This document shows positions 40,739 through 51,267 of a DNA stretch of 64,000 nucleotides, one piece after another. Position 1 is the stretch's first letter. Each line of letters opens with the position of its first letter. The DNA lies in assembly GCA_963726455.1 (NCBI GenBank), contig CAVSCK010000004.1, positions 672,001-736,000 on the forward strand. Direction: 5' to 3'. Made by a program: the position numbers and the translations under genes. Origin of the DNA: an uncultured bacterium. GTDB taxonomy: Bacteria; Zixibacteria; MSB-5A5; CAIYYT01. The notes below the pieces were generated by a model. It was not told the origin of the DNA. It searched no databases and was given only the letters and a program-made list of their open reading frames with translations.

Positions 40739-41296
40739 ATGCTTGAGGAATGTTTGATAACCCCAACTGAGTGCAATTCGAACGAAACCGTGCTTGAGAA
40801 ATACGGCCCCCTCAAGATGGCGCGTTATCTTGTGCGCACGTTTGATGACTGGTCGGATGTCTGTGAGACACTAAATCGCCGGGTGCAGGAGAATGTCGAA
40901 GCCGGTGATTTTGAGGCAATTCTGCGCCTGATCGAGTGCTGGGCGATGTCCGTGCCGAACACCGTATCAAGTGTCATCGTCGGCTTCAATGTGCCGACGC
41001 TGATAATCGAGGAGCAGCGCGGCGTCGGACGGGTGAAGCGGCCGATGCAGATTGATCCGAACGGTAGGAAGAAACCGGCCATACTGAAAAGCGATAAGGC
41101 ACTTGCCATTACTTATGATGTGAAGAATCTACTCGATCTGCACGTCTTCAACCAGTTTGTGCATAACCCGCTGGCTTTGAAGACGGAGGGCTTGGACATT
41201 GGATCTGTCAAACGGATGATGAAAGTCTCCGTCAAGAAAGTGGAAGGCCCGGCAGCCAATTTTACCATAATATTCACCTGTCCATATCCAGCGTAA
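40739..41296 (+). CDS. Hypothetical protein
   Basis: Open frame between co-oriented genes; no motif recognised; start uncertain. Confidence 0.55.
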   Translation: MLEECLITPTECNSNETVLEKYGPLKMARYLVRTFDDWSDVCETLNRRVQENVEAGDFEAILRLIECWAMSVPNTVSSVIVGFNVPTLIIEEQRGVGRVKRPMQIDPNGRKKPAILKSDKALAITYDVKNLLDLHVFNQFVHNPLALKTEGLDIGSVKRMMKVSVKKVEGPAANFTIIFTCPYPA

Positions 41297-41325
41297 CGTA
41301 ACCGGGGCGGAAGCGGGCTAGCGAA

Positions 41326-41727
41326 ATGAAAGATTACAAGAGCTGTTTGAAGGTGATGTCGGTGGACGACGAGCAAGAAGTCACCTGCGTGATTTCTGAC
41401 TATCTTCTGACAGAGGGCTTCGATGTCAAGAGCTACAACGACCCTTACACCGCATTACGAACTCTGACAGACAACGACTGGCGACCGGACGTGATCCTGG
41501 TTGATATCATGATGCCGTCAATGGATGGATATCAGTTCTGCCAGCACCTGCAGGCGGAACCGGAACTGCGCGAAATACCCGTCATGTTTCTCACTGCCAA
41601 GGACCGCAATGACGACTCGTGTGCCTTTCTTAAATCAGGCGGACAACTCTTTATCAAGAAACCGTTCAAACTGACGGATCTCAAACAGCTACTTCTGCTG
41701 GCCGCACAGGTCGGTTACGACTTCTAG
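41326..41727 (+). CDS. Single-domain response regulator
   Basis: VDDE, LVDIMMPSMDG, FLTAK, KPF. Confidence 0.9.
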   Translation: MKDYKSCLKVMSVDDEQEVTCVISDYLLTEGFDVKSYNDPYTALRTLTDNDWRPDVILVDIMMPSMDGYQFCQHLQAEPELREIPVMFLTAKDRNDDSCAFLKSGGQLFIKKPFKLTDLKQLLLLAAQVGYDF

Positions 41728-41794
41728 CGCCAGAAACGAATCTCGCACAGGGAGACAATCCCCGCAGGCAAATACTATCAGAGGAAGTGTTCTA

Positions 41795-42289
41795 TTACTT
41801 CGTCAGGTGCTGTTGAATGCGGTTGAGTCTGGAGGTCAACGCGGAAAAACGGTCGGCCTCCTCAGGATATGAGGCAGTGCCAACTTCCAGCGGCGGCTCG
41901 AACGGGAGATTGAGACCACCCTTTAGAAAATCACGGATGAAGGTTTCGACCCGGCTGCGAACGCTATCTACCCCGGCTTTCGACGTTTCTACCAGCAGGA
42001 TAGCCATGCGATTCTTCTCGAATGGCGAAATGACGTCCGATAATCGCAATGTGCTGCGCAGCCCAGTTTCGATTTGGCTGCAGATCAGTTGCATATCGAT
42101 CTTCTGCTCCCCCGAGCGATTGGCCACCGCCCGCGCGAAATCGGACAGGTCGATCAGTATCATTGACAAGAACAAGCAATACCGCTCGGCACGGTTGATT
42201 TCCTGTTGAGTACGCTGCAGGAACTGCTGATGACTTTCGTTGCTTATGTCCATGCCGTCATTCGGCTTTCTGCCGGTTGCGTTCGCCAA
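41795..42289 (-). CDS. Degenerate stand-alone GGDEF-fold protein
   Basis: EINRAERY..LSMILIDL..LRLSD (RxxD)..FEKNR in place of GGDEF..VGTASYP. Confidence 0.7.
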   Translation of the reverse strand: MANATGRKPNDGMDISNESHQQFLQRTQQEINRAERYCLFLSMILIDLSDFARAVANRSGEQKIDMQLICSQIETGLRSTLRLSDVISPFEKNRMAILLVETSKAGVDSVRSRVETFIRDFLKGGLNLPFEPPLEVGTASYPEEADRFSALTSRLNRIQQHLTK

Positions 42290-42339
42290 TCTCTAACCTC
42301 TCGAAGCTTTTAGTCCACGGTGCATCTGCCTGATAACGA

Positions 42340-42355
42340 AGCAATAACAGTGCCA
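42340..42355 (-). promoter_or_regulatory. Sigma54 (-24/-12) promoter
   Basis: Minus strand TGGCAC-TGTTA-TTGCT, an exact consensus match about 50 nt before the GGDEF-like gene. Confidence 0.8.
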
Positions 42356-42528
42356 CACCACCAAGTGACCCTTCACCGAATTTGCCACCGTGATATTCGC
42401 CTCTACTGAGACAATGTGATAACCGATTTCCGCCTATCTTGAACCTCTCCAAGCCAATCTTCTCACGCCAGCGGACTGCAACAACATTCACTTATCGTGC
42501 AACAAGTTACCGCCATTGCGTAACTCAA

Positions 42529-43980
42529 CTACTTTACGTCGTTGAGTCGGTATTCCTTTATCTTGTAAAGTAGTGACCGATACGAGATTTCCAGCATCTC
42601 AGCCGCACGGCGCCGATTCCAGTTAGTGCGTTTCAGGACCTCGGAGATCATCCGTCTTTCTTCTTCTTCGATGGTGCGTGCCAGCCGTTGCTTAAGTGAG
42701 CAGTTATCGTCGGTCGCCTCCGATATGTCAGTCCTGGGCTGGGCAAGCACCGCCGAGGTACCTGATTGCATCGACGCTGATCGCGGGATATAGGCCGGCG
42801 CCATGGGCATTTCCACACCGCTCTGAATCATGGCTGAGACTATGCTTTCGTCCTGCCTGACAACCATCTGTTTCATCATATTTTCAAGCTGTCGGACGTT
42901 ACCCGGCCAGGGGTAGTTGACCAGAGATGTCATACAGTTCTGGCTGATCCTCCGGAAATCGCGTTTATACAATGCATTATATTTGTCTAGGAAGTGGTTG
43001 ACCAGCAAAGGGATATCATCGATACGATCTCGCAATGGCGGCAACTGTACCGTGATTTCGTTAAGGCGATAGAACAGGTCGTCGCGAAATCCGCCGTCAA
43101 AGATTGCCCGCTCCAGATCACGATTTGTGGCGCAAATGATGCGGACATCAACCTTGATGTTCGTGATGCCCCCCACACGAATAAACTCATGCTGTTCCAA
43201 CACCTGTAAGAGTTTGGCCTGCAAATCAACCGACATGTCCCCAATTTCATCGAGGAAGATCGTGCCTTTATTGGCAGTCTCAAACCGCCCCGGCTTGGTC
43301 TTGTGTGCTCCTGTGAATGCGCCTTTTTCGTAGCCGAATAGCTCGGCTTCCAGAAGCTCCCTGGGAATCGCCGCGCAATTGACCTTGATAAATGCGGCGG
43401 CCCGCCGTGATGAAAGCGAGTGCAACATGCGCGCGACGATCTCTTTGCCGGTGCCGGATTCGCCCCGAATCAATACGGAGAGTTCGCTATCGGCGACCTG
43501 CTCGATCAGGTTCTTGATGTCCTGCATCTTGGAGGAATCGCCGACGAAGCTTTCGTATTGGCTCTTGGCTTGCAGCTCACTCTTGAGGTAGTGAACTTCG
43601 TTTTCGAGCTGCCGACGCTTGAGAGCGTTTTGCAGATGCAATGCCACTTCCTTCACATCGAACGGTTTGTTAATAAACTCGGTGGCGCCCAGTTTTATGC
43701 ATTCTACGACCGTCTGGGTCTCTCCCTGTCCGGACAACATAATTACGTCCGAAGGGAGGTCGGATTTCTTGATTTTCTTTAGAACTTCCATGCCGTTCAG
43801 GCCCGGCATCTTGATGTCGAGCAAGATCAAAGGCGGTTTTTCTTTAGACGCTACTTGAATGCCTTCGATTCCATCGGAGGCGCTAATAATTTCGAATTCC
43901 TCCTCCAGCCCTTCACGCAAAATCCAGGAAACCTTGGGATCGTCGTCGATAATCAGAAGCTTCGTTTTTTCATCACTCAT
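42529..43980 (-). CDS. Sigma54-dependent response regulator (NtrC/AtoC family)
   Basis: Receiver, GESGTGKE, GAFTGA, FLDEIGD, WPGNVRQL, Fis-type HTH. Confidence 0.95.
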   Translation of the reverse strand: MSDEKTKLLIIDDDPKVSWILREGLEEEFEIISASDGIEGIQVASKEKPPLILLDIKMPGLNGMEVLKKIKKSDLPSDVIMLSGQGETQTVVECIKLGATEFINKPFDVKEVALHLQNALKRRQLENEVHYLKSELQAKSQYESFVGDSSKMQDIKNLIEQVADSELSVLIRGESGTGKEIVARMLHSLSSRRAAAFIKVNCAAIPRELLEAELFGYEKGAFTGAHKTKPGRFETANKGTIFLDEIGDMSVDLQAKLLQVLEQHEFIRVGGITNIKVDVRIICATNRDLERAIFDGGFRDDLFYRLNEITVQLPPLRDRIDDIPLLVNHFLDKYNALYKRDFRRISQNCMTSLVNYPWPGNVRQLENMMKQMVVRQDESIVSAMIQSGVEMPMAPAYIPRSASMQSGTSAVLAQPRTDISEATDDNCSLKQRLARTIEEEERRMISEVLKRTNWNRRRAAEMLEISYRSLLYKIKEYRLNDVK

Positions 43981-44167
43981 ATGATTCCTCTTTATACGTC
44001 AATTATCGACAGAGCTGTTCGAAAATTGAGCAACCTTCTGCAAATAACTTGCACGATATTGCAGGGGCAAGATCAGAATGTTGGAGGCAGTAGGCAAGCG
44101 ATTTCACTTTTCGCCAACTGGAAAATCTGGGCCGGTTGACCAGGTACGGATTTGCCGGTGCAAAGTA

Positions 44168-46276
44168 TTACGCAGCGGGGAGTTTTATGATAAACGTTGT
44201 GCCGGACCCTTGCTTGCTTTCGAACGTGATTTCGCCATTATGAGCCATCACAATGCGCTCGCAAATTGACAATCCCAGGCCGGTACCGGTATCCTTGGTG
44301 GTAAAATAGCGATCGAATATGTGGTCCTGCGCCTCCAGCGCGATACCCTCGCCGGTGTCCTTGATTAACAGACTCACGAACTGCTTCTGCTGAGCTTCGT
44401 CGAAGGCGCTATGCGCCCGGATCGATAATTGACCGCCCCGCGGCATGGCGTCGATCGCGTTGATAATCAGATTAAGCAGTAGTTCGACGATTTCATTTTC
44501 GTTGACCATTATCGAAGGCAGATCCTCGGCCACGTCGCTGGAGAACTGGATCTTGTGTTTCTTAAGGTCGTTTTCGACGAGCCGCAGGACACGTCGGATA
44601 AGGTCAACGACGCGCTTCTGTTCCAGCTGGTACTTCTTTGGATTTGAGAAGTCGACCAATTCCTTAACCAGCTCATTCAGTCGGAGCATTTCCTGCTCGG
44701 CGGTCATGAAGAAATCGTCGGTCTGGGCGATTTCCGGCCAACGCTCACGCGTGATCTGCAGTGAGCCCCGAATATTCGTAAGCGGCTTTTTGAGATCGTG
44801 CGAAATCTCCGACATCATCTTGCCCATCGTCATTAACCGCGTGGCGTTGAGCAAGGCCCGCTGTTGCTCGTAGATTGAGGTCGCCTGTGATGCAACAATG
44901 GAAGCGATGTTGATATCATTGAGCGAGAATGCATTTTCGCGACGTGATCCGAGGCAAAATACGCCGTGTAGCGCACCTTTGGTGATAATGGGCACGGTTG
45001 TCAGAGTCTTAAGCTGTTCTGCAAAGTAAGGGATTTCCTCGATCTGTGATCTGATCGCCTGCGTTCTGACGGTGGCGGAATGAATCGTCTTGTCCTTAAT
45101 CGAGACTTCTTTGCCGAGCAACTTGGCGGCTTCTTTTTTGCCAAGCCCTTCCCAGTAATCGAATATCAATGTCTCGGGACGCTCGTGCCAGGAAAGCCAG
45201 ACCGCGAAGTCAACGCTCATGATTTTATTCAGTGTTTGGTATATCAGTTCGGTCATGTCGCGCGAGTTGTCGATAGTCGTCAGATTGCTTGCCAACTTGT
45301 AGAGCGCGGAGAGTTCATTCAATTTCTTGTTGAGCTGCTGAAGATTCTCGGCGTCGTCAATGGCAATCGCCGCCTGTGCGGCGAAAGTCACGAGGAGCTT
45401 GAGGTCGCCATCACTGAATTCCGTGCCATGCATGGGATCGGAAAGATTGATAACCCCCAGCACCCTTTCCTTCACCATCAGGGGCGCCGAAATCAGTGAG
45501 TTTGTCTCGTAGTTTCCTTTGGCGAATTGCTTGAAACGACAGTCGCTAAGGATGTCCTTTACGAGAACCGCTTCGCCACTCTGGGCCACATAGCCCGCGA
45601 TCGAGTTGCCCAGTTTGACGCGCGCAGTCCGTTTGACTTCTTCATCGACGCCGACGGCGGCAGATATTGACAATTCGCCTTTCGCTTCATCGAGCAGCAT
45701 GACTGACCCGATCGTAGCGGCAATAACTTCCAGCGCAATTTCTATAATATTGGTAAGTAGATCGTTAAGGTCGTGGGATTGCGACAGGATCAGGCCAGCT
45801 TGATAGAGGGCGTTTACTTCGGCGACGCGTCGGTTAAGTTGAAGATTCGTCAATTGCAGTTCGTCAAGCAGGCGTTGGCGCGCGGATTCGAGTTCCCTTT
45901 TCTCAAGGGCGCGCCGCGCCGCCAGCTTGAGTTGGGTGAACTCGATCGGCTTCATGAGATAATCGTAGGCGCCCATGTTGATAGCGGCCAGAGCGGTTTC
46001 CAAAGACGCGTAGCCGGTCATTAGAATCACCATGGCCTCGGGATCCTGTTTGCGAATTGCCTCGAGCAATTGAATACCATCATATTCAGGAAGGCGAATG
46101 TCGCTGATTACCAGATCGAATCTGTTTTCGCCATACAAGCGAAGTGCTTCTTTGCCGTCGGTGGCAGTCTGTACCTGATAGCCCGCCTTCTTAAGCAGAC
46201 TTTCGAGAGAGCGACAGAGGCGCTCTTCGTCGTCGACCACCAGAATTCGCGAGGGATCAGATTTCGTCATCGACAT
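44168..46276 (-). CDS. Hybrid histidine kinase (REC-GAF-GAF-HisKA-HATPase)
   Basis: N-terminal receiver; GAF; ISHDLKKPL; NAIDA; DTGEG; GTGLGL. Confidence 0.92.
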   Translation of the reverse strand: MSMTKSDPSRILVVDDEERLCRSLESLLKKAGYQVQTATDGKEALRLYGENRFDLVISDIRLPEYDGIQLLEAIRKQDPEAMVILMTGYASLETALAAINMGAYDYLMKPIEFTQLKLAARRALEKRELESARQRLLDELQLTNLQLNRRVAEVNALYQAGLILSQSHDLNDLLTNIIEIALEVIAATIGSVMLLDEAKGELSISAAVGVDEEVKRTARVKLGNSIAGYVAQSGEAVLVKDILSDCRFKQFAKGNYETNSLISAPLMVKERVLGVINLSDPMHGTEFSDGDLKLLVTFAAQAAIAIDDAENLQQLNKKLNELSALYKLASNLTTIDNSRDMTELIYQTLNKIMSVDFAVWLSWHERPETLIFDYWEGLGKKEAAKLLGKEVSIKDKTIHSATVRTQAIRSQIEEIPYFAEQLKTLTTVPIITKGALHGVFCLGSRRENAFSLNDINIASIVASQATSIYEQQRALLNATRLMTMGKMMSEISHDLKKPLTNIRGSLQITRERWPEIAQTDDFFMTAEQEMLRLNELVKELVDFSNPKKYQLEQKRVVDLIRRVLRLVENDLKKHKIQFSSDVAEDLPSIMVNENEIVELLLNLIINAIDAMPRGGQLSIRAHSAFDEAQQKQFVSLLIKDTGEGIALEAQDHIFDRYFTTKDTGTGLGLSICERIVMAHNGEITFESKQGSGTTFIIKLPAA

Positions 46277-47594
46277 TCCTCAGTGGTAGAGTGATCGTGA
46301 AACAGGCGCCGGCATCGGGAGCATTTGTCGCTGATATTTCGCCGTTGTGAGATTTGATGATTCCGTAGCAGACGCTGAGACCGAGACCGGTACCTCGCCC
46401 ACGGGTCTTCGTAGTGAAGAATGGCTCCCAGATTTTCGTCAGGTTTTCGGGGACAATGCCCGGCCCCGAATCCGTCACGCGCATAACGAGCTGGCTCCCC
46501 TCCAGTTCGCCGTCGATAACGATTCTGCCGCCGTCGGGCATAAAGTCACACGAGTTGATCAGCAGATTAAGGAACACTTGCTTTAGTTGTTCGGCGGAAC
46601 CATAAATGAGCGGCAGACCAGTCGGAAGTCGCTTCTCGATTGTGATGGAGCGCGTGCGAGAGTGATGCGATAGCAACAGCAACGTCTCGTCTACGACGGC
46701 TTCGACATCAATCATGCCGAAAACTTCAGCGCGCGGCCGGAACATATCGAGAAGTTGGCGCATGATACCGGCGATGCGGTCTACCTCTTCCGTGACGATT
46801 TGCAGGTATTCACCGGCACTACTCTCCTGCACCGGCGCTTCTCTGGCCAGCAGCAGATAGTTCTTGATAATGCCGAGCGGGTTGTTCACCTCGTGCGCCA
46901 CTCTGGCGGACAGTTGGCCGAGCGCCGCAAGTTTTTCTGCCTGTACGAGCTGCGACTGCGTCATGCGCAATTTATCGAGCGCGTCCTTCTCCGATTCGAA
47001 CAGGCGCGCGTTTTCAACAGTCACTGATAGCTGGTTCGCCAGAATCGCAAGAAATTCGAGGTCATCATCGTAGAAGTCGATACCCGAAATCTTGCGAGTC
47101 ACCGAGAGCAGACCGCGCACTCGATTCTGCAGCGACATGGGAATGAGATATTCACACTCCAACTGCTGTAACAGGCGAACCTCCTCGGAGTCCCCAACCT
47201 GCCTTTGAATTTCCTGGTACGACAGCGGCTTGAAATGAACGGACCGAAACAACTCCAGTACCGAACTGTTTTCCGATATTACTTTGTCGTCAGATGGCTC
47301 AACTGAGAGGCCCTTCTGTTTGGCGAGTGTGAGGTCGTCGTTGTGATGGTTTTTCGCGATCAAAACCGCGGCGCCATTCACGCCCATCTGCCCGATACAG
47401 GTGAGAATTATGCCGTCCAGCAAGGTGGCAGTATCCAGCACCGAGTTCAGGTGCTTGGAAATCTCGAAAATCGTGTAAAGGTCGAAGATCTTCCGCTTGA
47501 GGCGCTTATTCGTCTCAGTGAGTTCTTCGAGGCGAGTCGGCAGATTCTGCCCCTCGCCGTCTACCTTCAGCGACTGTCGCGGTGATTTAGCCAT
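46257..47594 (-). CDS. Cytoplasmic GAF sensor histidine kinase
   Basis: ENARLF, VAHEVNNPL, QVFLNL, DSGPG, GTGLGL. Confidence 0.92.
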   Translation of the reverse strand: MAKSPRQSLKVDGEGQNLPTRLEELTETNKRLKRKIFDLYTIFEISKHLNSVLDTATLLDGIILTCIGQMGVNGAAVLIAKNHHNDDLTLAKQKGLSVEPSDDKVISENSSVLELFRSVHFKPLSYQEIQRQVGDSEEVRLLQQLECEYLIPMSLQNRVRGLLSVTRKISGIDFYDDDLEFLAILANQLSVTVENARLFESEKDALDKLRMTQSQLVQAEKLAALGQLSARVAHEVNNPLGIIKNYLLLAREAPVQESSAGEYLQIVTEEVDRIAGIMRQLLDMFRPRAEVFGMIDVEAVVDETLLLLSHHSRTRSITIEKRLPTGLPLIYGSAEQLKQVFLNLLINSCDFMPDGGRIVIDGELEGSQLVMRVTDSGPGIVPENLTKIWEPFFTTKTRGRGTGLGLSVCYGIIKSHNGEISATNAPDAGACFTITLPLRNVDDEI

Positions 47595-48907
47595 CTATGT
47601 ACGTAATATCGGCAGATATAAGGTTTACCTGTCTGGTTGACTGAAGCTGTTTCAATCGAGTAATTGCCTCTCCAACAGTGTAATGTGAGCCGCAGATTAG
47701 AACAGTCTCGGACTTCCCTGCCAGTTTGAGGGCGCGATCGACCGCTTCGGCTACCACAAGCTTGACGTCGAAGTCCAGTCCGGCGTTTATTGCGCCCCAG
47801 ACAACACCCTCGATTTCGGCAGTACGGTGGGATACGGGTCTCGTAATGACAGCCCGCCGCGTTATTTTGGCAAATTCCGCCATCATAACGTCGAAATCAG
47901 GGCGCTCCAGGAATCCGCAGACGAGTACGACCTTGCGGCTGCCGTGCACGGACTTGAAAGTCTTTACCAGCGCGCGCGCGCCGTCGGGATTGTGTGCCAC
48001 GTCCAGAAGGATTGCCGGATGTTTGCTAACAAGCTGAAATCGCGCCGGCCAATGAATATTCTTCAAACCCGACTTAAGTGCCCGATCCGTTATACGAATG
48101 CCGTTACGATTCAGCACGTCGACGCATTTGAGCGCGATCATGGCGTTATCGAGTTGGTGCGCACCGACGAGAGAGCTTTCAAAACGGCTATGCTGCTGTT
48201 ACGCCGCCGGTCTCAAATTGCATACGACCGTTCGCAAATGCGATCTTGGCTGACGATTTGGCGGACTTGACAAGGGTTGTACCGCGCTCGCGACACACGT
48301 CGCGAAATATAGCCATAAGTTCAGGACGACGCTCACCCGTGACGAGTGGCACACCGGTCTTGATGATGCCTGCCTTCTCGGTGGCAATCTTCGTCAGTGA
48401 ATTGCCCAATATCTTGGTGTGGTCATAGTCGATATGCGTGATGACGGACAGTTTCGGTTTCAGGACATTCGTTGCATCCAGCCGACCACCCAACCCAACT
48501 TCGATCACGGCGACATCGACTTTCATCTTGCGAAAGTACCAGAATGCCAGCGCGGTTGAGATTTCGAAGAAAGTTATACGGGCGTCCTTAATGAATTGTC
48601 GATTGCCGTCGACGAATTCTGCCAACGATCGTTTGTCGATTACTCCCCGCACGGTACGCACGCGCTCACGATAATCGACGAGATGCGGTGACGTGAACAT
48701 TCCAGCATTGTACCCCGCTGCCTTCAGAATTGCGAACAGCATGGAACTGACCGATCCCTTGCCGTTGGTGCCGGCAACATGAATCGACTGAAACGAGTTC
48801 TGGGGATTGCCCAGATGTTCAAGAAAGCGCGTGATGTTGTCCAGCCCCATCTTGATGCCGAATAGCTCAAGACCAAGAATGAACTCGATTGCGTCGTTGT
48901 AACGCAT
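47587..48907 (-). CDS. folC: Folylpolyglutamate/dihydrofolate synthase, one frameshift near 48190
   Basis: HVAGTNGKGS, TSPHL, EVGLGGRLDATN, EKAGI, WPARF, LDVAHNP. Confidence 0.95.
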
Positions 48908-48909
48908 AA

Positions 48910-49746
48910 TCAGGCCGCTAGATATTCGAGTAGCAAATTGACCGTCTCACGTAGCTCCGGTCGGGGAACGATCCTGTCGAGAAATCCGTGATTAAGGAAA
49001 AACTCCGAGGTCTGAAAATCGTCGGGTAGTTTCTGGCCGATAGTCTGTTCAATTACGCGTCTGCCGGCAAAACCCAAGAGGGCGCCCGGCTCGGCGATAA
49101 TGACGTCTCCCAGCGACGCGTAGCTTGCCATGACGCCGGCGGTAGTCGGATTAGTCAGGATCGAAATGAACGGCGACTTTGTTTCTGCCAGGCGGGCCAA
49201 CAGCGCGGAGGTTTTGGCCATTTGCAGCAGCGACAATATTCCCTCCTGCATGCGCGCGCCGCCCGAGCAGGAAACGATCATCAACGGGATATGCCTGTCT
49301 ATCGCGCGTTCGATAGTCCGGCTTATCTTTTCGCCGACGACGCTGCCCATGCTGCCGCCGATAAACGAGAAATCCATGACGGCGAAGGAAACATCCCGGC
49401 CGCTAACTTTAGCAATGCCGCATATCACTGCGTCGTTCTTGCCGGTCTTGCGACGGGCATCAGCGATGCGATCAGGGTATTTCTTGGAATCGCGAAAACC
49501 CAGCGGGTCGAGGGAAACCAGTCCGGTATCGAACTCCTGGAAACTTTCGGCATCGAGGAGAATGCTGATATAGTCTTCCGGCCGGATACGAAAATGATAG
49601 GAACACTTCCGGCAGACCCAGAGTGACTTTTCCAACTCACGGACATAGATGACATCGCCGCAGGAATTGCACTTAGTCCAGAGTCCGTCTGGAATCTCCT
49701 TGCGATCCGTCGGCGGCGGCTGTGGCTTGCGTTTGAACCATTCCAT
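48910..49746 (-). CDS. accD: Acetyl-CoA carboxylase carboxyltransferase beta subunit
   Basis: Zinc finger WTKC..C; GGSMGSVVGEK; SGGARMQEG. Confidence 0.97.
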   Translation of the reverse strand: MEWFKRKPQPPPTDRKEIPDGLWTKCNSCGDVIYVRELEKSLWVCRKCSYHFRIRPEDYISILLDAESFQEFDTGLVSLDPLGFRDSKKYPDRIADARRKTGKNDAVICGIAKVSGRDVSFAVMDFSFIGGSMGSVVGEKISRTIERAIDRHIPLMIVSCSGGARMQEGILSLLQMAKTSALLARLAETKSPFISILTNPTTAGVMASYASLGDVIIAEPGALLGFAGRRVIEQTIGQKLPDDFQTSEFFLNHGFLDRIVPRPELRETVNLLLEYLAA

Positions 49747-49748
49747 GG

Positions 49749-50840
49749 TCAATTACCTATAATGATTTGCATTGTGAACGAATCCTCTGGCGGGCTGGTG
49801 TAGAAACCCTTCCGACGAGTAACCATGGTGAATCCATACTTCTCGTAAAATCGAAGCGCCCTGTCGTTACTCGTGCGCACGTCCAGCACCATTTGGTCGA
49901 TTCCCTTCGCCAATAACCGCTGTTTCAGTTCCTCCAGCAACTTACGCCCCCAACCTTGTGATCGGTGACGTCCGTCGACAGCAATATTGGCAATATAACC
50001 GTAATCGTCAAGCGCAATACAATTGAGATAGCCGGCGCAGTGCCCTCCTATGCGCACAACCAGCGCGATGACGTGGGGGCTGTCGATGTCCGAACGAAAG
50101 GCGTCACGATCCCACGGATCCGAAAACGCGTCGCGTTCTATCGCCATTACCTCGTCAAGATCGGAATAGATCATTTCCACTACCTGACCGTCCTGATTGG
50201 CGTCCCTCCGCTGCTCCGGTTGAGATTTCAGCAGATAGTTGACGTCCAGATTAATTGGATCGAGCCGTTTCCAGAGCTTGAAATCGCGGGCAAATATTCG
50301 CGCCAGGTCACCGCCGGTGTATGACGACGGCGCAGCAACACTCACCGGGCGTTCTAGCTTAGTCAGTGAGTCTCTTAATCGCTCGGCACCTGGCCCGGCG
50401 AAGGTTGAGTCGCCGTAAGCCGCGATAAGCTGTGGCAAGTCCAAAATCGCGATGTCGCGCCCATTCTCCGACACGTAATATTGATCAGCACGACAGTGAA
50501 TCACTATCACGGGATTAATGCCGTAGTCGACAAAGAACATCCGCTCCAGCATCGGCGTACCACCGGTGATTATTTCTTTCCGCCAGGCCTGCGCCAGACC
50601 GAGCACGCCGGCGATACCTACCCGCAGCCCGGTAAATGATCCGGGACCGCTGGTCACGCCGAGATAATCCAACTGCGTTGGAGTGATTGACGCGTCTTTG
50701 AGGACACCGTCGACGGCGCTAATAATCTTTTCTGAATGGCTGCGATCGGCAGGGCCGTCATATCCAGCCAGGGCCTGTTGCTCGGTTGCAACCCCGACTC
50801 GCAACCGGTCACTGGAGCTATCAATTGCGAGAACTAACAT
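49749..50840 (-). CDS. tsaB: TsaB fused to a RimI-like GNAT acetyltransferase
   Basis: LAIDSS, HSE, GPGSFTGLRVG, then IER.AFSDPW, NIAV, RSQGWGRKL, LDVRTSN, FYEKYGF, RKGFY in one frame. Confidence 0.88.
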   Translation of the reverse strand: MLVLAIDSSSDRLRVGVATEQQALAGYDGPADRSHSEKIISAVDGVLKDASITPTQLDYLGVTSGPGSFTGLRVGIAGVLGLAQAWRKEIITGGTPMLERMFFVDYGINPVIVIHCRADQYYVSENGRDIAILDLPQLIAAYGDSTFAGPGAERLRDSLTKLERPVSVAAPSSYTGGDLARIFARDFKLWKRLDPINLDVNYLLKSQPEQRRDANQDGQVVEMIYSDLDEVMAIERDAFSDPWDRDAFRSDIDSPHVIALVVRIGGHCAGYLNCIALDDYGYIANIAVDGRHRSQGWGRKLLEELKQRLLAKGIDQMVLDVRTSNDRALRFYEKYGFTMVTRRKGFYTSPPEDSFTMQIIIGN

Positions 50841-51264
50841 GCTCTACTTCTTCGATGATAATGTCGCGGCTTTCGCCGCCGATGATGGCCAGGTTAATGC
50901 GGAAATAGCGTCCCGACAGCAGGCGCTCGCACTTTTCGCCCCATTCGATTATTACAATCCCGTTGTCGTCCAGGTATTCTTCGAAACCCAGGTCGATCAA
51001 CTCGGAATCGTTTCGGATACGATAAAGATCAAAGTGGTTGATAGGTGGCGTCGTCGGATAAGTGTTCACGAGCGAAAACGTCGGGGACGTCACCGCGACA
51101 TTTGTGTCAAACTGGCTGACCACCCCACGCGTAAACAGCGTCTTGCCGGCGCCAAGCTCGCCATACAGGAGAATCACCGCGCCGGGCTGGAGCGTCGAGG
51201 CAAACTTGCGCGCGATAGCCATGGTTTCATCCTCCGATTGCGACGAATAACGAAATCGAGCCAT
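50821..51264 (-). CDS. tsaE: tRNA t6A biosynthesis ATPase TsaE
   Basis: GELGAGKT, VTSPTF, HFDLYR, IIEW. Confidence 0.95.
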   Translation of the reverse strand: MARFRYSSQSEDETMAIARKFASTLQPGAVILLYGELGAGKTLFTRGVVSQFDTNVAVTSPTFSLVNTYPTTPPINHFDLYRIRNDSELIDLGFEEYLDDNGIVIIEWGEKCERLLSGRYFRINLAIIGGESRDIIIEEVEHVSSRN

Positions 51265-51267
51265 CGA

